Source of the DNA: Perna viridis
Lineage: Eukaryota
Length of the DNA: 64,000 bases
Assembly (NCBI GenBank): GCA_037379345.1
Contig: CM074518.1
Location: forward strand, 18,910,001 to 18,974,000
Direction of reading: 5' to 3'
The position numbers and the translations under genes were made by a program. Below are positions 39,001 through 51,000 of this stretch, piece after piece. Position 1 is the first letter of the stretch. Every line of letters begins with the position of its first letter. The notes under the pieces are model-generated. The model was not told where the DNA came from and did not search any database. It worked only from the letters and a program-made list of their open reading frames with translations.

Positions 39001-42000
39001 GTCCATGTTAAATGATGCCGTAGAGGACGGTGTTATCAATATTGTAATTGGCGTTGAAAGGACCTCTTTGTGAGGTATCGTGTTCACTTCTGTTCTTTCT
39101 GGTGTTGATGTCACGACTATTTCTGCTCTCGCAGAAGACAACATCACTAGTTTTGATGTAGCTTTGAATTGTGTCATTGCCTTCAATGTATCTCTTGAAG
39201 TCGTCATCATAATTTGTAAATCTTTTGATGTTTTCATTGACCCTAAAGCAGCCGCGAATGTTAAAATAGAGTCTATTTGTGCACTTGTAACTGCTTCTGA
39301 TGGAATTTGTGACATCGTTGAAGACTCTTGCATAGCAATGGGTGACATTATAGGTTTTGGTGTAGTGCTGGATGCTTTTATACGCGATTGTGCAATTGTT
39401 GTTAGCACAGGTGTTGCTGTGTAAGTTGCTGAAGAGTATGTTACGGCTACAGATGAAATTATAAGTTCTCGAGTTATTGTCGATGCATCCATGTTATCCA
39501 TCGATACGGGTTTTGATTCTAATATAGCCATCGAGCTGAATACAGACTTTGATGAAGGTTGGGCTATCAATATAGGGTATGTCGTAGCAGCTAGTTGTGT
39601 CGAGCTTGGCCTAGAATCCTGGAGAGCTGTTGACATTGGCAGAGATGACTCGACCGTAAATATCGATGTTGGTTCAATCACAAGTGCAGTTGACGATGTT
39701 AGGTTTGTTGCTACTGATGAAATGTGTAGTGTCTCTAGCGTATATGTCATTAATGGCCTAGACTGAAGTGTATATGTCGAAGTTGATTTATATTCTTCTG
39801 TGACTGATGATGATTGCACAGACTCAGGTGAATTTTGTGAGGTTCTAATTGTTTTTTGAATTTCTGCTGATATTTGTCTCGACTCTTGTAAATTAGTTGT
39901 TGACTTATACTCCAGTGTTACTTCTGATGTTCCGATTAAATTAGGTAAAGAAGTTATTGCTTTTTGTGTGGATTTGGATGATGCTGTAAACTCTTGAACA
40001 GCCATGAATTTCGACATGGAGTATGATATGACTATCGATGATATATAAGGCTTTGGTGTATCAGTTAGTGGTTGGATAGATTCTGGTATAACTTTTGATG
40101 TTAAAGTTGAACCTGGTGTAGCTATAGAAGAAGTAATGTTAGTTGAATTTTTCACCGACGTAGCTGTTGGTTTCTGGTAAGATTCTAGTGTTGATGCGAA
40201 ATTTGGTATATTCCTTTGATTAGTTTTGATGTATGTTTGTAAAGAATCTAGAGCAGCTAATGCTGATGATATAGGCTCTGTTGTTATTGACGATATTGGC
40301 AAAGACTCAGAGATACCTACTGTTTGTATAACTAGTAGTTTGACAGTTGATTGTTCTAGTGTATAGCTGTTACGTACCACTGACATTGGTTCAGTAATTG
40401 ATGTTGTCAGGGGCTCAGACAGAGACATAAGTGTCGAAGAAATTGATCTTGACCTATGCGTTTGGACCAACAACAGTGTTCCGGATTCTATAAAGGATGT
40501 GGACAAAAGTAACACTGAGTCAAGCAATGGTGTTGATAAAACTAATCCTGACTGAAGTTTTTGTGCTGATGGCAATAATCGCGAATCTAGGACTTTTGTT
40601 GACATAAGTGATCCTGTGTCACGAATCGGCATGGAAGACAATGACTCAAGCATTTGGGTTGATGGTTGTGATACTGGTTCAAACACAAGTGGTGACAACA
40701 TTGATTTTGACTCGAACAGTTGGGTTGATAACAATAGAAACTTCGATTGAACCATTTGTGTCGAATGTTTGTTTGATTCAAATATTGGTGTTGACGAAAG
40801 TAATCCTGATGCTTGCATTTGCATGGAAAACGACAATTTTGACGAATGGGGTTCTATTGCTAAAATTGTTTTCGATGACAGTGAAGCTGACGTCATATTG
40901 TGTTGAGAAGACAAAAAGTCTGACGCCTCGATTAATTTTGACGGAAGAGATTCTGACGCAAAATCTGATATTGCTAATTTCGAGTCAAGCTTTGATTTAA
41001 ACATTGTTTTTGATGTTGATGATTCTGACACTTCTGTTAAAGAAAAGAAACTCGACACTGGAAACGACGGTAGAATTTCAGTCGATTGAAGTAATTCTGA
41101 GTCAAACATTAGTGATGCTGATAACGAATCTGACACAGGCTGTCGTGTTGTCTGAGAGCGGCTTTGCTCCAAGATTGATAATTCTGACACACTAGTAAAT
41201 GTTGATAGTACGGAACCTGACAGCTCCGCTGATTTTGAGTAAAGCCCATTTGTTTGAAAGTTTGACACGGACTCTGACGTTGAAAGGTGTCCTAACGTAC
41301 TGATTAAAACAGTCTCCAGAAAATGTTTTATAGAATATTCTCTTGTCAGTTCAAACTTGGTGTTAGACAGAGGTGCCGTAGATAGATAATTGTTATAGGA
41401 TGATTTAGTCACGGCAACTGTAACTCCCTTTTCAATCTGCAAAACAAGGATTAACACATATTTCATTATACAATTTTTTGCGAGGCATTCTGTATAAGCT
41501 GTAGATGTGCGTATTTTTTATTCTGACTTAAATGTCTTAAATTATGGGGAAAATAAAGTTCTGTAAATCAACTAAACTTAATGCTATAAGTCAATACCGG
41601 CATAAAATACCGAAACGTCAGAAGTGCGATGCTTCAAGCAATGGGTTGTAGTTTGTTTTTTACTTGTAGACACATTTACAAACAAACCCAAACTAAACGA
41701 AACTACATATAATAAGCCACTTACAGGAAATCCAATATTGGTTGACAGCTGATCATTTGACAGTTTTTGAAAGGTGTTCACAGCATCATCAGCCTGTATT
41801 ATGCTGCCGTTGGTATAAACCTCGAATTCGACATCAACATTTGTTTCTCCATTTCTTTTTATATCTGTCACCTGTACATTACATGTATGTAAAATTTATT
41901 GAATGATACACTTATCAATATACACATTTTTTTTCGAAAGCGTATACTGGTATACCATTGAAGAATTTCCAAAAGACAACTATGCTGTAATGTTCATATT

Positions 42001-45000
42001 CATATTGTTTGATAGCAAAATATTGTTAGCTTTGTCCTTAATATTAAGAAGTCCTTTAATAAACTTTCAATTTAACATAAGGTATGTCATGTGCAATGTT
42101 TATTCCAATTGTTTTTAATTTGTTTGTTTGTTAACGTTTCCTTAAGGGAGTTATTTTGGGGGTATTTTCATTCAAATATTCTGTGGAAGATTCAGATGAC
42201 ATTACACAATTCGTTCACATTGTTTTTCATTTGAATATGAACGCACCTTGACTTCTACATCACTCTCTATTGCTCGTCGTTTCCTTACAGATCTCTTCCG
42301 ATGGACCGTTTGTGCCTCAATGAAACCTTGCTTTAAGCCTTTGAATAAAATATGTCCAATTAATCTTTTTTTTTTTTCATCAGTTGTTACCTTACTGTTT
42401 TTAGCACGTAAAGTTGTTCAATGTTGTGTACATTATCGTAATCACTATTCAAGTTTTTTGTCTTGTATATAAAAATAAAACAATACAACATTTCACTGAT
42501 AAAAACTTCATAACAAGTCAAATAAAACAAAATATGCAATGGTAGTTTTGTAAGAGTAATCAAGGGAACCAAGATTCTAGCATAAATCAGAAGATTGTTT
42601 ATCGAGGGACAAAGACCAGACATGGAAAACAGACGGAATATAAAAAGAACAAAAGAGTAACAAAAGTAAAGAGCAACTCGGACTTCACTGAAAACTGGAA
42701 GCATGGAGCGGGTGCAACGGTTGTGTGAACTTCTTTTGCCCTTAAAAGTGTCGTCTACTGCAATTAAAAGAATTTTTATTAATATTAAAGTAAGGTTTTC
42801 CTACCTGCTTCCACTTGTTGTATGAACTGTGAACTGTAAATATCGACATCCTGTGGTACATTTAACATAATAGATAGTCTGTTGTTTGTAGGTAAGGGTT
42901 GTACAACTTTTGATAGGGTAGAATTTATGAGATCTGGTATCATCGCTGGAGTTGATTTATTAGCGTCCAAGTTAAAGGATGTTTTGGAAGATGGAGTTAC
43001 CAATATTATTATTGGTGTCGAATGGACTTCTGAGTTTAATATCGTGTTCATTTCCACTCTTTCAGTTAATAACGTTAAAAGTTCTAATGTTGCTGTCATT
43101 GGTGTTGTTGGCTTTATTGTATTATTAGATATCTTCGTTACAATAAGTGAATCTTTCATTGTTGAGAATGATACAATAGAGTCGGCATTTGCATTTGACG
43201 ATATTGCGGACTCTGATGAAGCTTGTAGCTTTGATGAAGACTGTGATGTATTGCTAGATGGTATCATAGAGTTTTGAAAATCGCTGGATGCTTTTATTGA
43301 CACTAACGTGACTGCTGTTAGCTCATGCGGTGATAATTTCAAAGACTCTACTCCATTTCTTAATATTGTTATTGTTTGAGGTGTAGCTGTCTGTAATGGT
43401 ATAGACTCTTGTGAATCTAGTTGTGCTTCCCACGTTGTAACATGCTGTTGTTCCCGTTTTAAAGAAGGTATTAACAAATGTGTATTTGTAGCCGATGTTG
43501 TCGCCTCTGTAGTTGATGTGGACATCGAAAAAGAGTCTAATGCAGTCATTGGTTGTATTTTTAGCTCTGGTTTATCAGTTGACATTTGGATGGATTCTGT
43601 CGAACTTTGGGCTTCTGTATTTGATGTAATAGCTGTAATTGGCAGCGGAGCAGCCGTTGTTGTCTGGATAGACTGTAATGTTGTTGTGTATGTTGGTATA
43701 TACTCTTGTACAGATATGGTTGATTGTATAGAGAATGATTTAAGTGCAGATATAGACGTTGATATATATTTTTGTATACCTATGGATGTCAGTGAAGGTT
43801 TAGCTAGTGTATGTGTTACGAAGCCTTTGGTAGTTTGAAGTACTATTGAAGGTGTTTGCGTAGCACTGGAAGCTGGTATTGACATCGGAACATCTCTTTT
43901 GCTACTAGTAGTCTCTTGGTGTAATGATGATGTTGTTATCGACCCTAATGAATTTGGTGTTAGTATAGACTCCGAATTTGGCATACTTAGGGATATTTGT
44001 TCAAAGACATCTGTAGCATTCGGTGATTCTTTAAAACCTTTTATTGTCGTTGATGTTAGTAAAGATTTTATCGCACCTGTTGTTAAAAGTTTGAACTCTA
44101 TGTTTTCCGTCAATGATTGCATTGCGTCTTGCGTATATGAAAATGTTGGTATTACCTTTATTTTTAAGGTTGATGGTGGTATTGACTTAACTGCATTCGA
44201 TAACGGTAAAGACGTAAATGTAGCTATAGACGTTAATTTTGATTCAAGTGCAACTGTCGATGATTGTCTTAAATCATGCATGGCTGCCGATATTGGTCTG
44301 AACTCTATTGCGGTTGTCACTGACGGTATAGACTCCAATGTAGATGTTGATGTTTGTATAGACTCAAAGCTAGCCATTGTCATTAGCATAGACTCTAGAT
44401 TGGATGATGTTTGACCAAAGGCTAGTAAATCTGTCTTTGATCTATCCGAGACTTTTGTAGCTTTCAATATTTGGCTATGATCTATCGAAGTTTCTGAAGT
44501 TCTAGACTTCAATATAAATGCTGATATAAGAGAAGACTGCGAAATTGCTGTCGATTTTTGTGCTGTGTCTGGTGTTGCTGTAGATTTTGAACGTGCTACT
44601 GATGTTGACATTGACCCAAATATACCTGGTACTGTTTGTGTAGACCAAAATGTGACTGTCGATGTTGGTAATGACTCAAATGTACCAGTTTGCGTGTGTA
44701 TTGACTCTAATGAATCTATTGATAATTGCATAGAATCATGTATGGTGGTAAAGGATATAGACTGTAGTGTAGCTGTCCTGGTTGGTCTCGTCCCTAGTGT
44801 TGTTGTCGATGTTAGTATTGACTCAAATGTATTTTTTGATGTATTAATTGTCTCCAGCGTTGCTATCGATAATTGTGTAGACTCATGTGTGAATATCGAT
44901 AATGAAAGAGGCTGTAGTGAAGCTGTCGGTGTTGGTTTTAGATATGTTGTAACTGTCGTTGTTGGCCTTGATTCTAGAGGTGTTGTCGATGTAAGCTTTG

Positions 45001-48000
45001 ACAAATATGGACTTTTTGATGTTTCTTTTGGCTCTAATGAATATATCGATGATTCGATAAACTCGTATGAGGATTTCAACAGTATCGTCTGTAGTCTAGC
45101 TGTCGTTTGCCTTGCATCCACTGTTTTTTTCGATGTTGATATTGCCCCGAATGTAATTTTGGATGTATGTGTTGACTTTTGTGTATCTATTGATGATTCT
45201 TTAGAATCACGTGTGACTGTCGCCGATATAGACTGTAGTGTAGGTGTCCTGGTTGGTGTTGTCTTTAGTGTTGTTGTCAATGTTGGTATTGACAAAAAAT
45301 TGTTTGTTGATGTATTTATTGACACCGGTGTAGATATAGATGATTCTGTAGACTCTTGTAAAGCTGTCGATAATAACAAAGGCTGTTGTGAAGCTGTCGA
45401 TGTTGGTTTTAAAATTGGTGAAGCTGTGTTTGTAAGCCTTGACTGTAGTGCTGTTGTTGATGATTGCATTGACCAATATGCATTTGTGGACGTTTTCCGT
45501 GGCTCTAATGAATATATCGATGATTCAATAGACTCCTGTGTAGCTTCCGACGAAGCAGTCTGTAGTGTAGATGTCGTTGTAGCCATTGCCTCTAGTGTTT
45601 TTTTCGAAGTTGTTATTAATCCAAATGTATTTGTTAATGTAGCTTTCGTAATTGGTCTTATCTCTAGTGCTGTTGTTGATCTTAGTGGTAGCCCAATTGT
45701 ACCAGTTTGCGTTTGTATTGATCCTTGTTTAGCCAGTGACGATTCAATAGACTCATGTGTGGCTGTGGATAATGACAGAGACTGTTGTGTAACTGTCGAT
45801 GTTTGTTTTAAATCTAATGTAACTGTCGTTGTTAACAACGACCCTAGTGCTATTCTCGTTGTCGGTATGGACAAAAATGTACCAGTTTGTGTTTTTATTG
45901 GCTCTAGTTTAGCTATTGACGATTCTATATAACTATGTATGGCTGTCAATGACTGTAGTGTTACTGTCGTTGTTGGTCTAATCACTGGATCTAGTATTGC
46001 TGTTGAGAGTTGAATAGAATCTAAAGTAGATATCAATACTTTTCTAGAATCCAGCGTGGCTTTCGATTGTTCTATTTGATCTAGCATCGCTGTAGTTGAT
46101 GGTATAGATACATAAGCCCATGTTGCAATTGACTCTGGTTCAGCTTCAAAAGTTGTAATTGGCACTCGTGTTGCTTCTGATATAGAATCTGTTTTAGTTT
46201 TTGATTTGGGTAAGACGACTAAGTTAGTGTTTGGTAATGCTATTAATTCTGATATATGTTTTGATGTTTGGTTGGATTTTCTCATAGCTATTGAATCGAG
46301 TGCAGCTTTGGAAAATGAGCGTAATTCTGTTGAAAGTTTTGGTGTTGTTTTTGAGACTTGTATTGCTGTAGATGTTTGTATAGACTCTAATATAGTCGTG
46401 ACTGCAGTTATAGATTGTGTTGAACCTGTGGATGTTATTAGAAAGTCTTGCTTATCTATTGATGGTGATATTGTGTGCTCTTGTATTACTGTGGATATTG
46501 GTATAGGCTTTAACACTGCTGTTGATGATCTAACTATCTCTTGAGCGACCCTTGACTTTATTGATAATTCTGATTTAGCACTTGTCGGTACTTCATTTTC
46601 TTGTATATCACTGGAAGCTGTTACTGGCATTCGAGTACCTTTCGTACTATTGGACTTCGTTGTAGCCATGAATATTGAAAAGGATTCCAGTGTAATTGTG
46701 GGTGATAAAGCCGTATGCATACTTAAAGAGTTTGCAGAAGTAACTTTGGCTCTAGACACGGAATCCGAATTCATCGATGATGTTATAGACTTTGATATTA
46801 TTGCTGATGTTAGTAAAGACTTCAGTTTAGTATAGAAAAATGTGATAGACTTCAATGTGGCTGTGACAGGTATTGACTTTGGTGTATCTGTTGATGTTTG
46901 AATTAAATCTAAAGTAGTTTTGAATGTTTGTTCAGAGTCTGTTTTTGCAATAGACGTTGTCGTGGAATCTTTTTCAAATTTTGATACTATTGAAGAATCT
47001 TCTCTAGCACTAGTTGATATTGAAATGTTTGGTATAGCAATTGATGATAATGAAACTGATGTAGATTTGAATACAAAGATGGACTCTGATATGGCTGTGG
47101 AAGCTGTTGTTGGCACAGTAATAGTAGTGAATATTTGTAAAGAATCTCGTGTAGATATTAAAGATGTTATAGCATTTGCTAATGCTGTGTATACCGATGC
47201 AGTAATTAATTTTGGCTGTGACTGAAGCGTAGCTTTTGCTTGGGTTATGGGTGTTGTTACTGACTCTGATGTAGCTGTCGATGACAATGTGGACTCTAAA
47301 ATTAGAGCGGGCATTATTGTGGATTTAGATTTAGCTATTGTTGTTTCTAATAAAAGTGATAAGTTATTTGAAATTATTGCTGATTCTTGTTCATCGAAGG
47401 TATTATGCGTTCGCAATATGGGATTTTCTGTCATGTGACGTTTTGTATTAAGAAACACATTTTGATTATTGTATGATGTGGCATAAGTTTGCTGTGTATT
47501 TTCTTTTGTTTCTTTTAAATTTAAACTTTCTGTAGAAATATAGTTTGTTTTGTTAGATAAATGCGCTGGTGAAGTATTAACAAGAAGCGGTAAAGTTTGA
47601 TTTAATTTGTATGAAGTTTGCATTGTTTTCATTTTCTGTCCAAATGTGATTGAATCTCCGGATGGCAAAATTGAAGCATCTGAATGAGTCTTTTGAGATA
47701 ATATGCTTGTCCTCTGTGTTGTTAGCGATGGTGTATTTGCAGAATCTCTTGGCTGTGTTGTCTGACTGACACTTGTGTTATACTGTGTTTTTTCAATTGC
47801 CGTGGATTCAAATTTAACGTTTTGATTTATAAAAGTTGTAATGCTGTTTGATGGTGAGATATCTTGAATTTCAACTATTCTCACAGGTTTATGTACACTC
47901 AAAGTAGTTTCCATCAAAGGCGACGTGACTACTTTGAAATTGTGATTTGTTACAACTGTTAACGGTAATGTAATTGCTTGATCTGTTTTAGATAAGAGCA

Positions 48001-51000
48001 AATTCTGCGTCATGGAATTATATGTCGGCGAATGTTTTTGGATAGTAATGTCATTGGGTGATGATGAGTGTGTTTGAATGGTTATGCGACTAAATGTTGA
48101 CGAGTGTGTTTTAACGGTTTTATCATTAAATATTGATTGGTGAGTTTGAGTGTTTTTTTCATTGAATATTGAAAGGTGCGCTTGAATAGTTGTGTTATTA
48201 AATGATGATGGATGTGTTTTAATGGTTGTGTCATAAATCATTGATTGGTATGACTGTTTTGTTATATAATCGGTAATGGACGGTGATATTACTTGGGTTG
48301 TGATTGTTGAGTTGTTTGAGGTAGATGTCGATTCGAGCAGAAATTGTGTGTTATTCTCATTTGTTTTAAATTGAGTATGTACCTCTTTTATAGATGTTGC
48401 AATTGAACTTAGGTCTTTTGAATTTACTCTCTGAGTTGTTTCGGGTACTATGGTCTCTTCTTTGGATGATGATGGGTCTGAAAGTAAAGGGAAGCCCATT
48501 TATAATTATGTTACTGTTTTCTTTTTAACTGTAGCGCTGTGCTATAGAACACTTACATGAACAAGAACCATATGACAAGCAATGGGCGTATTAAAACATG
48601 GAACAACCTAGAGGTGTTTTTCCTTTTAACAATGTCCCCTCTGACTACCAACAGATATATCCGTACAGAAAATATTTAGCAGAGCATGTACTTGATCTGA
48701 AACTGAAACATGATTGTATTTGATAATCTGACCCAAACTTTGTTGCTGTTTACATTTTCTTTCTAACTTTTTGAATTTGACTAAAAACAAACAATAAAGT
48801 TGTCCTTCTATTGACCAGCATGTCAATTTAAAAACCACTTATCTCCAAATGTGGTACATCTTAATTTAGTTTTTTTACACTGTGTGTGAAATCGATAAAA
48901 AATGCACAGCGTAATTATTTTATGATATTAAAATATTCTAAAACAGAAAATACATTTTAATTCGAATTATCTACGGCCAGCCTTGCTTTACATTTAACAT
49001 TTCATAGTGCACTTTCGGTGGGAAAGTTTTGGTGAAATAAGGCCTATATTAGTCAAAAGATCATGATGAACCTTACAAATAAAAAAAAGAACTAAATAGG
49101 GTCGTTCATTTTATATTTCAGAATATGTATTCATATTCCTATACACCTTGTTTCCCAGAGCTTTGATTAAATGTGTACTTTTATTTTTATCTGAACGTAT
49201 AAAAAACAGACCATTGTTTTTGAGTCGTCAGAAACTAAATCAATTCAATAGAAAGACATTTTAACTAAAACGGTTGACAATCAAAATGCAAAGGTTTTCA
49301 TTGATTACTTACTTGCACAGCTGTCTAGGGCGTGTCATTAACTTAATACAAACATTAATTTGTACACCGTGAAACAAAACTTCTATCAATGTTTAATAGG
49401 AAAATAAATATGAAAAACGTATGTCTAAAGAATAATCCATGGAAAATATCAATGTTAACTGAATAATGAAGCATAACATAAGGCACAATAACCAATCTTA
49501 CATGTAGCAATATCTGATTGTACTGATAGATAACCTACGGAGATAACCTTGTCACACGTTGTAATTGATCGTAGTCATACTGTACAATTTAACTGAGTGA
49601 CGCTGAACAACAGGTGCACCACTGGATGCAGTTGTCCATCGTTTTAATGAAAGGGGACAGATTTGATTTGTTTTGTTTTTGTTTGTTTGTTTGTTTGTTT
49701 TGTTTTTGTTTTTGTTTGTTGGTTTTTTTTTTTTGTGAAAAGGCATGAATGCCTTACGTTTTATGTGTATAAAAGTGGTTTTCATATAAAAGTAGCCATA
49801 CTAGCTATTTGACCCTCACTTCTTAGTCATAAACGAAAACAACTCTTACAAATTATTGGAACGTTTATATTCAGCATTTAACATCAATCTCATGTAAGCA
49901 TCAACCTTACTTGGATTGATTTCATTCTGTTTCAAGTGAAAGCTTGATAGGCTTTGGTGAAATTGAATATGATACAAACATATCACTGATTTTAGGAGTT
50001 GTGACCCTTAACTTAGGTCTACCACCTTAAGTAAAACTATGCTTGCACAATTTTGTTCCTACGTCATCATCATGGCCACCAAATATTAAAGATATTGATA
50101 CAGTGGCAGTCAATTTCTTACCTCTACAAAGTAGTAAATAACAAGTTTATATAGAAGTAAAGTGGTTGTCCAGGACAGACAAACTGGGGTCTATAACTCA
50201 TTTTACAGGTTCTCATATATGTTTCCATGTCATGTGGGAAACAGCGTATTAGATTGAAGTTTAGGTTGTGCTTATATCACTTGACTTGTATGCAGCATTA
50301 CAAAATTTACATTTAATGCATCAAAACTGGTCAAATAGACAAACATCTTGCATAACTACGAGTATACCATCCGATAAAACTTGATGCAGTATATAACATT
50401 TGCAATACACTTTTTACCTTATGATTGTTGTAGGTGGCATCATTTTAATGTGGAATTACATAGTTACTTTTGTACTCATATCTGTAATATTCTTGCGGTT
50501 TCACAATAAATTTTGATCGACCAATATAGGTGAACGTCAATTATTACATATATTTTTATACTTTCGTAAACTGGCCAGGCGATGGTTTAATATGCTACAT
50601 ATTAAGGATAAGCAGTGTTCTTAATAACAATGTCAGTCACACTCTTTTTCTTTGTGGCTGTTGATATTTCGAAAGATTTTTAAAAACAAAAATGTCGAAG
50701 AGCATGTTAACAGTACAAAATAGGACCGTGTAGGAACAAGGATCTTCTATCAGTACTAAATAGAATTATTCTAGTATGATAATCTATAATTATCTATGTT
50801 TATCCATTCAGAAAGAAAAAAACAACTAATTCCTTTTACCAAAAAAAAATGTTTTTTATGCGTAATATGTAGGTAATATAATTAAAAGTGTTTACATACA
50901 TAGATTGATGATTGATTTTATTAGTTGTTTCTATTTTTTTCTTGATTAAATTTTGACTCCAAATTTGTGTGAGTTAATTGAGAAAAAAAATGGTGTGTTC

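Noticed and set aside
23599-47438. Many plus-strand ORFs rich in Asp/Val/Ser/Ile (e.g. 44565..45932, 455 aa; 34386..34892; 27612..28118)
   Set aside because: Antisense shadows of the S/T-rich minus-strand exons (TCA/ACA/ACT-biased codons leave a reverse frame largely open); no independent splice or start support.
23559-48499. Treating the five giant ORFs as five separate single-exon genes
   Set aside because: None has its own signal peptide. Each has an in-frame acceptor at or near its start and a donor at the same conserved motif (..VE-G|GT), and the phases chain into one CDS.
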